DNA from: a virus
Reading direction: 5' to 3' (one strand)
Virus record (IMG/VR): IMGVR_UViG_3300049645_000091
Length of the DNA: 64,000 nt
Positions 37,697 through 47,981 of the stretch are shown one piece after another. Both the position numbers and the translations under genes were made by a program. Each line of letters opens with the position of its first letter. Position 1 is the first letter of the stretch. Under the pieces are notes generated by a model. It worked only from the letters and a program-made list of their open reading frames with translations. It ran no database searches and was not told the DNA's origin.

Positions 37697-40138
37697 TCAG
37701 AGATCGAATAATGTTTTCTGTTTAGAATTTGATTCTTCTTTGATCCAGTTGTAGTGTATGGCCTCAAATATGCGATTTATAGGCGGAATGAGCTGCTTAT
37801 TAAGATAGTACTTCTTATTGATATTCAATCCTTTTTCGAGGGCATACGATTCCAGCTCAGTTAGATCTGAAATCTTTTTAGATCGACCTTCGACCACATA
37901 ATAAGCTATTCTATCTCCAGTTGATGGAGTAGGTTCTCCTCGTTCAATGGCTCGTTTGATGGCTTCTATATGGGGCATCATTGCTTTGTAGCCATCTATT
38001 GGGCGGGAGAACTTCTTGGTCAACAGGAGTTTTTTAACTAGCTCTGGATCATCGTTGATGGAGGCAAGATTTTTGATTCGCGCGACTTGGGTGTTGGCGT
38101 AGGCAGCGGCCTGTTTTTTGTCACCCGTTGATAACAGGATGTTTATTATTTGCTCCAAGGTTTCAACTGTGTAGGCGGTGAAATCGCGACGGCGGGTTTC
38201 AATCCCCCGCATTTTGAGTTTGAATTTACCATCTGGCACAACCAACCTCATAGCATATCGCTTTTTCTTTAGGAATACCCCTCGGTCTGAGTATGCTTCA
38301 AAATCTAGATTCATAGGCGGTGGCAATATAGTAGCCATCTCATCATGTATTTCTGTTGCGATCTCGGACGCAATATTATAATCACAATTTAATTTATTTA
38401 TTTTTATAAATACACTGTCCGTGTCTCCTGCTATCACTTTCAAGTCATATTTCTTATTGTTTTCTATTACTGTTTTGGTTTTTAGTAAAGTATCTCGCCC
38501 CACAGCAGTCACACTTTGCGCCACATCAACATCATATAATCGAGATCGTTGATATCCAAAGAACCCATAAATGGAATTGAGAAGTATCTTATACGAGTAC
38601 TGCATGTTATCATAGCGATCTTTATCAGCTTGGTTGGTAGATTCTTTCATAAGTTTTTTATATTTAATCCTCTCGTTAAATAAAGTTTCCAATATTTTAG
38701 GAACTATACCAGGTTCAATATTTGCAAATTTTATACCGTTCACCGTTTCAATATATTCATCACATTGTTCATTTTTTATAATCATTGTTGGACAAATGTT
38801 GTATGCTCGCATGATAGATGGGTACAGCGATGTAAAATCCATGACTATTATTTGTTCATGAAGGCCTGTTTCAGGATCTATTACAGTTGCCCCGGTGTAC
38901 CCAACCTCACCATCATCTTCATCTTCATCTTCAATTTTGGGCCGCATATTCATAACGCGACCATGTTTTCTAAACTCGCGAATGATTAAGTTGTCAATAA
39001 GTTTAGTCTGGCCCAAATTAACTACATCTTGAAGTAGCGTCCCACTCACAGTAGATATTGCAATATATTTATCAACCAGTTTTAAGTCCAATAATAACCT
39101 CATTACAAGTTCAGCATCGCGATCAGAATAAGCAATAACCCGATCCCAATCAGATCCATAGTTATCATTATTATCATTATCAATAGATTCTCGTCCATGT
39201 AGATACGCCTCTCTCATTTCCTTGGGGCTAACATCAAGCTTCTCATAATTGACCAAGGATGCAGCCGTAGCGAGGTTATAACGGTTCAAACTGTAGTTGG
39301 CCCGGATGATGGGCAATAGATCAACTACTACTCGGCCCGTAATCGTGACATCCACCCCACCATCAAATCTGTTTCTTATGTACCATTCGCGATTGTCGCG
39401 CGTGCATTTTGGAGAGATGCCCAGCACTTTGCACCGGCCCTGAAGATAGGGAAAATCGAACTGGTTAGTGTTGTAGCCTGCTATGATGTCGGGATTGTAC
39501 GCATTGAATAATGATAGAAATGTGGTTATTAGATGGTGCTCATCTTTGCAAAGTATTACGGGGCACCCCTGGTAGTTGGTGGGTTTGGTAGATAGAACCA
39601 CCCTATCATTACCCTCAAATTGGGGCGAGAAGGCCATTGAGATGAGGATTACGGGGTCTTTGTCTGATGTAGGCATAGTACCCTCGGGCGGGACCAAACA
39701 CTCTATATCGAAGCTACAATAGCTTATAGGGGCATCCTCCCCGCAATCTATATCGGCAAACCCTCCCAGCCCATTATCTATAAGCCATCTGTTTTCGTAG
39801 GGTATGTCCGCCTCATATATCTTGAAGATGTTGGGAATGCGGCTTACTTCTTCGCGAAGTTGGCGAATATCCCTGGGAGATATGGTAAATATTTGGTACA
39901 TTGTGGTGGGTTTTGACTGGTATCCAATGGGCCGGAATTTTTCGACCTTCACAAAATCATGAATACCTCTGGAATGAAGTAATCGGGCCGCCACATCGTT
40001 GTTAATGTTGTCGGTGAACTCAGCATAGAAATATGGCCGGTGACCCGATCTTGTTATATGCTTGCCACCCACTCCGTAGAGATGAATTATCGGCTCGCCT
40101 TCCCGGTTATGAGTGTAGGTGCAGTCTAGGATTTTCAT
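37697..40138 (-). CDS. polB: Family B DNA polymerase
   Basis: Exonuclease motifs FDIE and YNTNQFD; polymerase motifs DFTSLYPS, KILLNSIYG, GDTDS, KKRY. Confidence 0.97.
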   Translation of the reverse strand: MKILDCTYTHNREGEPIIHLYGVGGKHITRSGHRPYFYAEFTDNINNDVAARLLHSRGIHDFVKVEKFRPIGYQSKPTTMYQIFTISPRDIRQLREEVSRIPNIFKIYEADIPYENRWLIDNGLGGFADIDCGEDAPISYCSFDIECLVPPEGTMPTSDKDPVILISMAFSPQFEGNDRVVLSTKPTNYQGCPVILCKDEHHLITTFLSLFNAYNPDIIAGYNTNQFDFPYLQGRCKVLGISPKCTRDNREWYIRNRFDGGVDVTITGRVVVDLLPIIRANYSLNRYNLATAASLVNYEKLDVSPKEMREAYLHGRESIDNDNNDNYGSDWDRVIAYSDRDAELVMRLLLDLKLVDKYIAISTVSGTLLQDVVNLGQTKLIDNLIIREFRKHGRVMNMRPKIEDEDEDDGEVGYTGATVIDPETGLHEQIIVMDFTSLYPSIMRAYNICPTMIIKNEQCDEYIETVNGIKFANIEPGIVPKILETLFNERIKYKKLMKESTNQADKDRYDNMQYSYKILLNSIYGFFGYQRSRLYDVDVAQSVTAVGRDTLLKTKTVIENNKKYDLKVIAGDTDSVFIKINKLNCDYNIASEIATEIHDEMATILPPPMNLDFEAYSDRGVFLKKKRYAMRLVVPDGKFKLKMRGIETRRRDFTAYTVETLEQIINILLSTGDKKQAAAYANTQVARIKNLASINDDPELVKKLLLTKKFSRPIDGYKAMMPHIEAIKRAIERGEPTPSTGDRIAYYVVEGRSKKISDLTELESYALEKGLNINKKYYLNKQLIPPINRIFEAIHYNWIKEESNSKQKTLFDL

Positions 40139-40224
40139 GATGCGATTATATGAGGTTCTAGTATTTAAAAATGGCTAGTCGATCAACCGCCATATTTAAA
40201 TGTTGGCAAGTCGTAGTATAGCTT

Positions 40225-40407
40225 ATGTTAGATGTTGAGAACACCCGGAAGATCTATGTTGATCTTTATAAGACAGCGGATATTATGATGCTGAATGGTG
40301 TAATGCCCCCGGAGCGCATAATGGGCGCATTGGACTATTTAGCGTTGGTATTGGGAGATGACTGCCCACTCGGATATGAGTGGAGAGATCAAGATCGAGA
40401 GGTATAA
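40225..40407 (+). CDS. Hypothetical protein
   Basis: Short ORF after a TATA-like box. Confidence 0.4.
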   Translation: MLDVENTRKIYVDLYKTADIMMLNGVMPPERIMGALDYLALVLGDDCPLGYEWRDQDREV

Positions 40408-40410
40408 ACA

Positions 40411-40848
40411 ATGGATGCGATTAAGGTGTTTATGATTGCCGCTATATTGAGCACAAATTTTGTGTGTGGCGGTGGGTATGGGTTGGAGTACTTTACGGTG
40501 GAGCAGATTATGGAAGATAACTTGGCGATTAATGCACCCGGTATATATTATCCAGATGTTGATATCGGGCCGGATGGAGTATTTGTAGATTATGAATGTC
40601 GATCAATTGATGTCCTTGATATGGCCGATGATATTGGAGTTGTGATTGGGGCATATTACTCGGTTGTTGAGGATAACCCAAAGGTGGGTGATCTCTTTAC
40701 AACCATTCGATGTTACGGGCGCGAGATAGGGACATTTTATTGTGATAAAGATTGGGTATTAAAGTATGATTTAGATGATGAGGATGAGGCCAGCCAGTTG
40801 ATTTATAAGGTGTTGGGCACGTTGGAGGCGTCGCGATATGTTGGGTGA
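40411..40848 (+). CDS. Putative secreted protein
   Basis: Hydrophobic N-terminus, acidic body. Confidence 0.5.
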   Translation: MDAIKVFMIAAILSTNFVCGGGYGLEYFTVEQIMEDNLAINAPGIYYPDVDIGPDGVFVDYECRSIDVLDMADDIGVVIGAYYSVVEDNPKVGDLFTTIRCYGREIGTFYCDKDWVLKYDLDDEDEASQLIYKVLGTLEASRYVG

Positions 40849-41007
40849 AGCTATTCATATCATTTCTACTATTTTTTTAATTTTATGTTGTTGTATGGGG
40901 GCAATTTGGGCCGGATTTTTGTTAGAAACTGTTTTGGTTAGGGTTTTTAAAAAATAGAGGAGGGAAGTGGCTGGGCCATGAAGGGATTTCTAACCCAACC
41001 ACAATGT

Positions 41008-41265
41008 CTAATTGGGCGGAATACTATTTATAGGTTGCGCCCGGTATTCGAGTTCGATTTCGCGGTATTTACTTATTAGTTCGTCAACTGAGGTCGCGAT
41101 TCCATTTCTTATTTGACGGCCATTTTCCAAGAGTTGCCAAGAATACGGTGCGCCCTTCCTAATAACGAACTCAATGGAGGGGTCGTTATTTGATGGGTAT
41201 AGGCGGGCGATTCTGCGTCGGTTTAGCGACTTTTTTATGCTCATGTATAGAATGTCTAGTGGCAT
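41008..41265 (-). CDS. Hypothetical protein
   Basis: ORF with a GAGGAG RBS. Confidence 0.45.
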   Translation of the reverse strand: MPLDILYMSIKKSLNRRRIARLYPSNNDPSIEFVIRKGAPYSWQLLENGRQIRNGIATSVDELISKYREIELEYRAQPINSIPPN

Positions 41266-41275
41266 TTTAATCTCC

Positions 41276-41701
41276 TCAAATATATTTATTTTTTCTCATC
41301 ATAGATGTTGGATATAGGTCGTTGCATTTGGAGCAGCGCACTTCTCCTCGCACTTTTCCATATATTCCGAGGCAATCTTTGAATATACAAGGCCGCCCAA
41401 TTCCCTCCAACCCCATGTTGGTATCAAACATCTTGTTAAAGAGGGATTTTGTTACTTTGTAGAGGTTGCCATCGGGGAATATTATAGCCCAGTCACCTAG
41501 CTGACATAGAGATGAACCACTGGGCGATTCGATTATGTATTGGTGGGCAGGATTCCTAAGTTCTATACCCGTAAATACCAATTTGGGGCGCAAGAGCAAT
41601 CTGTGAAGATTCACCGCGCCAAAATCCTTCATATCATCGGGCGATGATATTATAAAAACATTTTTAGACATTACTAAAAACCTCTGGATACTCCATTGCA
41701 A
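41276..41701 (-). CDS. Hypothetical protein with C-terminal Zn ribbon
   Basis: GDWAII..DG.LY motif; CIFKDC/CSKC. Confidence 0.45.
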   Translation of the reverse strand: MQWSIQRFLVMSKNVFIISSPDDMKDFGAVNLHRLLLRPKLVFTGIELRNPAHQYIIESPSGSSLCQLGDWAIIFPDGNLYKVTKSLFNKMFDTNMGLEGIGRPCIFKDCLGIYGKVRGEVRCSKCNDLYPTSMMRKNKYI

Positions 41702-41941
41702 GTCGGCAACTAGCTTCTATATCTCGATTGAGTTCTGATATACATCTTTCAAGATCAAATCTCCGCATAACATTACCTAGGTTTCCAGACTTTATATAGA
41801 TTTCGGGCCGCCAAGTTTTAAACAGTATGATTGCGAAGGACGAAGTGGGAAGTCCCCATCCTTCAGGGTGGGGATGAAAGCGGAGTCCTTTGCCCACGTT
41901 TCTGCCTACCAATAACTATTTAAGGAAATAATGTGATACAC

Positions 41942-42043
41942 ATGTTTTGGTCAAACTCATACTTCATTGCCAGCACAGGGCAGGTATCTCTTGATGTTCT
42001 GATGCAGTATGTAGAGTCTCAGATGGAGAGAGTATGTTTATAA
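41942..42043 (+). pseudogene. tnpA: C-terminal remnant of the IS200 Y1 transposase TnpA
   Basis: Translates MFWSNSYFIASTGQVSLDVLMQYVESQ, the conserved TnpA C-terminal motif with the catalytic Tyr; the HUH part is missing. Confidence 0.8.
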
Positions 42044-43221
42044 GCTACAAGTACCCCATATTCCCGAACAAGATCACTCAATGGAAGTTAGCGGAGAATT
42101 TGGATGCTTGTAGGTGGCTCTATAATCGGCTTCTCCAAAACCTGAACGAAGCAAAAGAAAAAGGCATCAAGCTCAAGACCTATGATACTCAGAACATGAT
42201 TCCTTCTCTGAAGCTCGTAAATCCAAAGCTGAATCTTGTATACTCTAAAGTTCTTCAGATGGTCAACTACACTCTTTGGTCTAACATCAAAGGCCTCTAT
42301 GCATCCAAGAAGAACGGTCGGAAGGTCGGTCATATTCGCTTCAAAGGGTATGGTTGGTACAATACTCTGAATTACAATCAGTCCGGCTTCAAAATCGATC
42401 AAGATCATGGCATATTGCATCTATCCAAGATCGGGGACATGCGGATCAAGATCTATCGAAAGATCGAAGGACGCATCAAAGCAGTCATAGTCAAGAGAGA
42501 AGGCGAGAGATGGTTTGCCATAGTCCAGGCCAATCAGGAACCACAGCCGTTACCAGAAACCGAGGAAGCAGTAGGTTTGGATGTCGGTTTGACTTCCTTC
42601 GTGGTTGACTCCGTTGGCAATGAGATAGAGAATCCAAGATGTGCCAAGCAATCTGCTGATAAACTGGCAAGACTGCAAAGAAAGCTAGCCAGAGCGGTGA
42701 GGGGATCGAATAATTATAAGTCCCTCAAGGGTAAAATCGCGAAGTTGCATAAGAGAATCACCTGCCAACGAGACGATTTCCTGCATAAGTTATCTCGGAC
42801 CTATGTCAATAACTTTGATATCATTTGCGTTGAGGATCTTGATATCAAAGGTCTGAAAGAGAAAGGCCATAACACTGGTATGCATCGCAGCATTCATGAT
42901 GCATCTTGGTCTAAGTTCATATTCATGCTTTCGTACAAGGCTCAAAGTGCTGGTCGAAAGCTGATAAAAGTAGATCCCAGGAACACCACTCAAAGGTGTT
43001 CTGCTTGTGGAAGCATTGTGAAGAAAGATCTGTCGGTACGAGTACATGAGTGCCCTTATTGCGGATTCTCATGTGATCGAGACTACAATGCTTCCAGGAA
43101 CATACTCTTCGCAGGGATGGAACAGCCCGTAGCGCCCATAGAGCCAAAACCGCTACATCACATATCATTGATGCAAGTTTTGGCGATGAAGTGGGAAGCC
43201 GCGCCCTTCAGGACGCGGTAG
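42034..43221 (+). CDS. tnpB: TnpB RNA-guided endonuclease
   Basis: GLDVG / VEDL / DRDYNAS RuvC, zinc finger. Confidence 0.95.
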   Translation: MFISYKYPIFPNKITQWKLAENLDACRWLYNRLLQNLNEAKEKGIKLKTYDTQNMIPSLKLVNPKLNLVYSKVLQMVNYTLWSNIKGLYASKKNGRKVGHIRFKGYGWYNTLNYNQSGFKIDQDHGILHLSKIGDMRIKIYRKIEGRIKAVIVKREGERWFAIVQANQEPQPLPETEEAVGLDVGLTSFVVDSVGNEIENPRCAKQSADKLARLQRKLARAVRGSNNYKSLKGKIAKLHKRITCQRDDFLHKLSRTYVNNFDIICVEDLDIKGLKEKGHNTGMHRSIHDASWSKFIFMLSYKAQSAGRKLIKVDPRNTTQRCSACGSIVKKDLSVRVHECPYCGFSCDRDYNASRNILFAGMEQPVAPIEPKPLHHISLMQVLAMKWEAAPFRTR

Positions 43222-43307
43222 TTCACACAGTATTTAAACGAGCATTATGCTTATATATAATATCTGTATAGTATATTGTATGAGAAACTCTACAGCAACT
43301 AAGAGAT

Positions 43308-43874
43308 GTGGAACATGTTTGTATTATATGTATCCACCAGAAGATTATAAAGGTAGGGCCGATATTGGTTTTTGTAAATCATATAAAGAACTTACAAATG
43401 AAAATGATTGTTGTTGCAAAGGATATGAACCGGATGATACAGATGAATGCGAATGAAGAATTGATAAATGGAAAGTCTGCGCCAGATTGGTTATTAGAGC
43501 CAAGGCCAGATTCATTTTTTAAATTAGCAGGTACGCATAGTTTAGAAGAATGCAAATCATTATTTATGGATATACCAGATTATTATAAATTAACAGCATA
43601 TACTATTATTCAATTGACCGCTAAAATTAATAAAGATGTAAATATGAATAACTGTAGAGTATTTAGGCAATTATTGTATTCAGTATATATTGATCTTAAA
43701 GCTAAAAAAGAAAAAGATATACACTTGCCATACGATTGGTTCTCGGATGGTGTTATGATTGAGCCAGAGTGGATTGTACGAATTACTAATGGGATTATTG
43801 GATGGAGATGTGATGATAGTCGCAAAGAATGTAATATGAGTGATAAATGCATTTTTTGGGATGGTAAAATATGA
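43308..43874 (+). CDS. Hypothetical protein (start probably ~43444)
   Basis: ORF. Confidence 0.45.
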   Translation: MEHVCIICIHQKIIKVGPILVFVNHIKNLQMKMIVVAKDMNRMIQMNANEELINGKSAPDWLLEPRPDSFFKLAGTHSLEECKSLFMDIPDYYKLTAYTIIQLTAKINKDVNMNNCRVFRQLLYSVYIDLKAKKEKDIHLPYDWFSDGVMIEPEWIVRITNGIIGWRCDDSRKECNMSDKCIFWDGKI

Positions 43875-44049
43875 GCGCATTAAATAATTTTATAATTTTA
43901 ATGGGATGTGGATATTGCATTCTTGGAATAGTTATGTTTACTCTAATATATGATTGGGTGGGACGGGCTATGACTATAGGTTTTATTATAGTAGATATTA
44001 TTATTTTATCTGCATCATTATGTAGTGATATATTTAAGGAAGTTTAAAA

Positions 44050-44757
44050 ATGAATAGACAATTATTGGTAGGATCAGATCGGAAGCATGGTCGATATTAT
44101 TACTGGTCAGATAATCCAAGAAAAAAGATGTATTCAGTAAGTACGATATGCCACTGGAATGATGAACCTATTAAGGCGGGAGATGCTGCCAAGATTGGGA
44201 CATTGGGGCATTATGTGGTGCTTAATGGGATCGCGAAGAAGTATCTGGGAATGAACTTAGATATTCCGGGCGAGAATCCTTATTGGACCGAGCCGGAGGA
44301 GGTCAGTCAAAAACTCGATGATATTGTCGCGATGTGGCAACAGTTGGAGCTTGAGAAGGTGGTAGTGGGGTGGGAGGCTATTGAGGCAGCAGTTTGGTGG
44401 GAGGGTGAATTGGATGGGGTTGTGTGCGCTTATGCGGGGCGGCTTGATGGGGTAGCTAACTTTTGTGATGGGAAGAGGCGGCTGGTTGATATTAAGACGG
44501 GGGATGAGTATGATAGCTATGCTCTTCAGATGGCCGCTTATGTACAGGCTTACGAGTTTGTAACTGGGCTGAGTGTTGATGAGGTATGGATATTGTATTT
44601 AGATGTTGGGGGGTATTGGAATAATGATACTAAGGTGTATACTCCTAGGAATGTTGATAGAAATCCGAGGGTGGTTGTGATGGATCGTCCATTGATCGAG
44701 GAAAAAAGGAAAGAGTTTAATGGGATATTGAAGAATATATATGAGGAGATGGCTTAG
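44050..44757 (+). CDS. PD-(D/E)XK exonuclease (viral recombination type)
   Basis: SVSTI, GTLGH, AGRLDG...LVDIKTG...QMAAY. Confidence 0.85.
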   Translation: MNRQLLVGSDRKHGRYYYWSDNPRKKMYSVSTICHWNDEPIKAGDAAKIGTLGHYVVLNGIAKKYLGMNLDIPGENPYWTEPEEVSQKLDDIVAMWQQLELEKVVVGWEAIEAAVWWEGELDGVVCAYAGRLDGVANFCDGKRRLVDIKTGDEYDSYALQMAAYVQAYEFVTGLSVDEVWILYLDVGGYWNNDTKVYTPRNVDRNPRVVVMDRPLIEEKRKEFNGILKNIYEEMA

Positions 44758-45991
44758 GACGAACTCAGGGCTAATCCCCGCTTTTTCAAAGGCGGGATAC
44801 AGCCCGTGCCTACTGACCAACAACTATATTAGGTAGCAATACATATTAACTGATAATGTCTAAAGTGTTTCGTTATAGATTGAAGCCCACAAAGTCGCAA
44901 GTTGCAATATTAAATAGGCAACTTGATCTATGTAGGTGGGTCTACAACGAGACGCTTGCTCTACGGAAGAATGCGTGGGAGAATGAAGATCGATCTATAA
45001 GCTACTTTGAATCTAAGAGGATGCTGCCTATCTGGAAAGAATCCAAACCAGAACTCACCGAAGTCTATTCTCAAGTTCTCCAAGAAGTAGTTCAACGAGT
45101 AGATCTAGCATTCAAAGCTTTCTTCCGAAGAGTCAAGGCAGGAGAAAACCCAGGATATCCAAGGTTCAAAGGCATAAATTGGTATGACAGCTTAACTTAT
45201 CCTCAAAGCGGTTTTGCATTCGAGGATAACGTTTTGCATCTCTCCAAAATCGGAGATATTAAGGTCTGGTTGCATAGGAAAGTTGAGGGAACAATTAAGA
45301 GGCTGACCATAAGAAGATCATCTACCAAAAAATGGTATGTCTCGTTCTTTGTTGAAGATGCACCCAAGGACTCCGTGCCAGATTCAGAGAAAGTGGTAGG
45401 CATAGATGTGGGTATCTCCAATTTTGCTGTTCTGTCAGATGGGACTTTTGTAGAGAATCCAAGGTATTTGGCATCTTGTGAAGAGAAACTTGCCAAAGCA
45501 CAGAGCAAGAAAGACAAACTCCCCCACAAGTCACCAGAACGCCGGAAAGCTGCCAAGAAAGTTAGTCGTATCTACGAAAGACTTGGAAACCTCCGAGATA
45601 ACTTTGCCCATCAACTCAGCCATCGGATAGTCAATGATTACGGTATAATCTGCCTGGAAGATATCAACATCAAGAATCTCATCGAAAAGAAACCTTACAT
45701 GGCTAAAAGCGTGCTGGATGCAAGCTGGAATAGATTCAGGACATACGTTACGTACAAGGCTGAAAGTGCCGGTCGTAAAGTGGTCCTGGTCAATCCCGCC
45801 TATACATCTCAGATATGCTCAAGCTGTGGAACAATCGTCAAAAAGGATCTATCCGTCAGAGTTCATAACTGCCCGAAATGTGGTTTGGTAATGGACCGAG
45901 ATCTCAATGCAGCTAAGAACATTCTCAGACTGGGGCTACAGTCTGTGGCGAAAGCCTAGATGCCCGCGACTTCAGTCGTGGGAGTAGTCAC
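44758..45991 (+). mobile_element. IS200/IS605-family (tnpB-only) insertion
   Basis: Follows TTAG; left-end hairpin CCCGCTTTTTCAAAGGCGGG; right end ...GGGAGTAGTCAC. Confidence 0.85.
44856..45959 (+). CDS. tnpB: TnpB RNA-guided endonuclease
   Basis: Close paralogue of 18335-19432 with intact RuvC. Confidence 0.95.
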   Translation: MSKVFRYRLKPTKSQVAILNRQLDLCRWVYNETLALRKNAWENEDRSISYFESKRMLPIWKESKPELTEVYSQVLQEVVQRVDLAFKAFFRRVKAGENPGYPRFKGINWYDSLTYPQSGFAFEDNVLHLSKIGDIKVWLHRKVEGTIKRLTIRRSSTKKWYVSFFVEDAPKDSVPDSEKVVGIDVGISNFAVLSDGTFVENPRYLASCEEKLAKAQSKKDKLPHKSPERRKAAKKVSRIYERLGNLRDNFAHQLSHRIVNDYGIICLEDINIKNLIEKKPYMAKSVLDASWNRFRTYVTYKAESAGRKVVLVNPAYTSQICSSCGTIVKKDLSVRVHNCPKCGLVMDRDLNAAKNILRLGLQSVAKA

Positions 45992-46177
45992 GTGACAGTA
46001 ACTGATTATGTTGGAGTGTCAGGATTTGCGGTGGATAGGATGCATACACAGGTTTGTGATGTTTTGGAGGAGATTGATAAGGCGTATGAGAGGAGTCCGG
46101 GACTTCGAGATTGCGGACATAAAGAGGATTTTGAGTTGATGAGGAGGGTGCTTGAAGAAGCAATGGAGAAATTATAG
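45992..46177 (+). CDS. Hypothetical protein
   Basis: Starts immediately after the IS right end. Confidence 0.4.
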   Translation: MTVTDYVGVSGFAVDRMHTQVCDVLEEIDKAYERSPGLRDCGHKEDFELMRRVLEEAMEKL

Positions 46178-46199
46178 AGGGGGTAGGCCTACGGCCTAC

Positions 46200-46451
46200 T
46201 CACCGTGTTGTTATTGTGCGGGCTTGATTCCAGGCGCGAAGTATGCAAATTATGGTGGTCAATTGCGCGCCGTTGGAGTGTTCATTTTCTATTAGGTCGG
46301 CGGCCATTCTGATAATTTGGGCGAGTTCTGCCCGGCCACCTGCTTCTTGATCGCAGTAAAACTCTTGGATGCTGATCGAGAGGCCACTGGCGAGCATGGC
46401 TATGGCTTCTGTGAAGTTGAAGTCATCGTCTTCTGGAGGTATACAGTTCAT
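46200..46451 (-). CDS. Hypothetical protein
   Basis: ORF after a TTTTTATA box. Confidence 0.45.
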   Translation of the reverse strand: MNCIPPEDDDFNFTEAIAMLASGLSISIQEFYCDQEAGGRAELAQIIRMAADLIENEHSNGAQLTTIICILRAWNQARTITTR

Positions 46452-46489
46452 GCAATATATTAGGTTTGCTTGATATAAAAAAGTGGTGG

Positions 46490-47383
46490 TTAGAAGTCAT
46501 CTTTTTTTATTTGATCGTCGTAGCAGTATGGGACGTCGATTACTTTTCGCATGGTGCCGTGGGTGTCGATTTGGTATTGGATTATCTCACCCCGGACCTG
46601 GGGAATTTTGCCCATATCCGCGAGGAAGTGGGTGGTTGATTGGAAACATCCAAGACTAAAGCAATGCGTTCCTAGCCAGTAATCAGATGAAAATCGATGG
46701 CAATGGCCTAAGAATAAAAGGTCTATATCTTTGGTATAGTTCATGTAGTCGATAAGCTTGTTTCTGGAACGGGATACTAGATTTTTGCTGCAACCACCGC
46801 GACCATGACAAAGGATTGCTTTTATTCCGCCGTCTAGGGTGACAGGATCTATGATTTTGGCAGGGTCATCGTCATATTGAACTGAGGCGAAATCGCGGGC
46901 CAAGTTTGCGCAAAGGTTAAATCCGTGGGCGCGCCGATTAAGCGATTCATCATGATTGCCCTGGATGAGATAAATATTTTCTAGCTGGTCAGCAAATTCT
47001 GAAAATATATTATAAATGTAGTTGTATATTTCGTCGATGGAGTGGAGGAATCGGAGTTGTTCGTGGCCCTGGCGGGGCATTAGACCTTCGCAAATGTCGC
47101 CGGGTATAACCATTGTGCGGATGTCCTGGGCGAGAACCTCCTGGATGTAGCTGAGGAAGGGTGTGAGAGCCTGCTGTTTGGAGCCAAAGTGCATGTCGCT
47201 ACATGCGGCTACCTTGTAGATTTCAGGCTCTATATCGTTCTTAGGGAGGTTCTTGGGGGATGGTAGGCCAGAATCATACCATATCCGAGCAAACGTTTTA
47301 CGATTCATCCCCAGGTGAATAGCGCACTTATCAAAAGTCTTGAGCTGCTTGTACAGCCGCAGTAAAGTCTCTGAATTATACAA
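46490..47383 (-). CDS. Calcineurin-like metallophosphoesterase with N-terminal HTH
   Basis: SDMHFG, GDICEG, GNHDE, HG, GHCH motifs. Confidence 0.9.
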   Translation of the reverse strand: MYNSETLLRLYKQLKTFDKCAIHLGMNRKTFARIWYDSGLPSPKNLPKNDIEPEIYKVAACSDMHFGSKQQALTPFLSYIQEVLAQDIRTMVIPGDICEGLMPRQGHEQLRFLHSIDEIYNYIYNIFSEFADQLENIYLIQGNHDESLNRRAHGFNLCANLARDFASVQYDDDPAKIIDPVTLDGGIKAILCHGRGGCSKNLVSRSRNKLIDYMNYTKDIDLLFLGHCHRFSSDYWLGTHCFSLGCFQSTTHFLADMGKIPQVRGEIIQYQIDTHGTMRKVIDVPYCYDDQIKKDDF

Positions 47384-47794
47384 TTTAACATCTCCAAACT
47401 ATTCTATTATGGTCAACTGTATATAAAGGTTTGTTCTTTACTAAAACTAAAAACTTTTCTAGATATGAGCAATGTTTGAAAATAAAATATTAATATATTT
47501 CAAAGATACACAGAAAAGAAAAAAGTTTTTGGATTCGATTAAAATTCTGGTATGTCGCTTGTATCTGGTCGCACTTTGCGCTTATCGTTTTTATCAAACA
47601 TCTCATCAACAACTGATCGAAGAGAACGTAAGTATTCAAGTTCTGCTACTGCATGTTCTTTACAAATATCACATAAAGAGTTAGTAGCAAAGGTATCTCA
47701 GGCGGCCAAAGAGAGGATGGCAGTAAGAAAAGTTTTACCTACGTCGGTACCGACGGAGGTAAAAGAAGAGCCAGGTGAAGTAGTATGAGGGATT

Positions 47795-47981
47795 GGTTCA
47801 ATTGAACTTTGAACTAATTTTTCCCTATCTCCCCAAACCAACTATTTTTAATATATTGCTCTATATTTATCTCTATCTCAAAGTAATCAATATCAATAAA
47901 CCTCGCGAAATCGCGCGAGATTAATGCATATTTGAAGGGTTATAGAGAGATGCCCAAATTAGTTAAAGGTTCAATTGAACT
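47795..47981. repeat. Imperfect 26-bp inverted repeats bounding ~187 bp of non-coding DNA
   Basis: GGTTCAATTGAACTTTGAACTAATTT (47795-47820) vs AAATTAGTTAAAGGTTCAATTGAACT (47956-47981). Confidence 0.75.

Larger units (their letters stand above)
41832..43226 (+). mobile_element. IS605-family insertion with deleted tnpA
   Basis: Left-end hairpin CCCCATCCTTCAGGGTGGGG; right-end hairpin CCGCGCCCTTCAGGACGCGG followed by TAGTTCAC. Left boundary is approximate. Confidence 0.8.

Noticed and set aside
44050..44757. PD-(D/E)XK nuclease as a Cas4 adaptation gene for the array
   Set aside because: It lacks the Cas4 C-terminal Fe-S cysteine cluster, lies over 6 kb from the locus, and such exonucleases are routine viral recombination genes.
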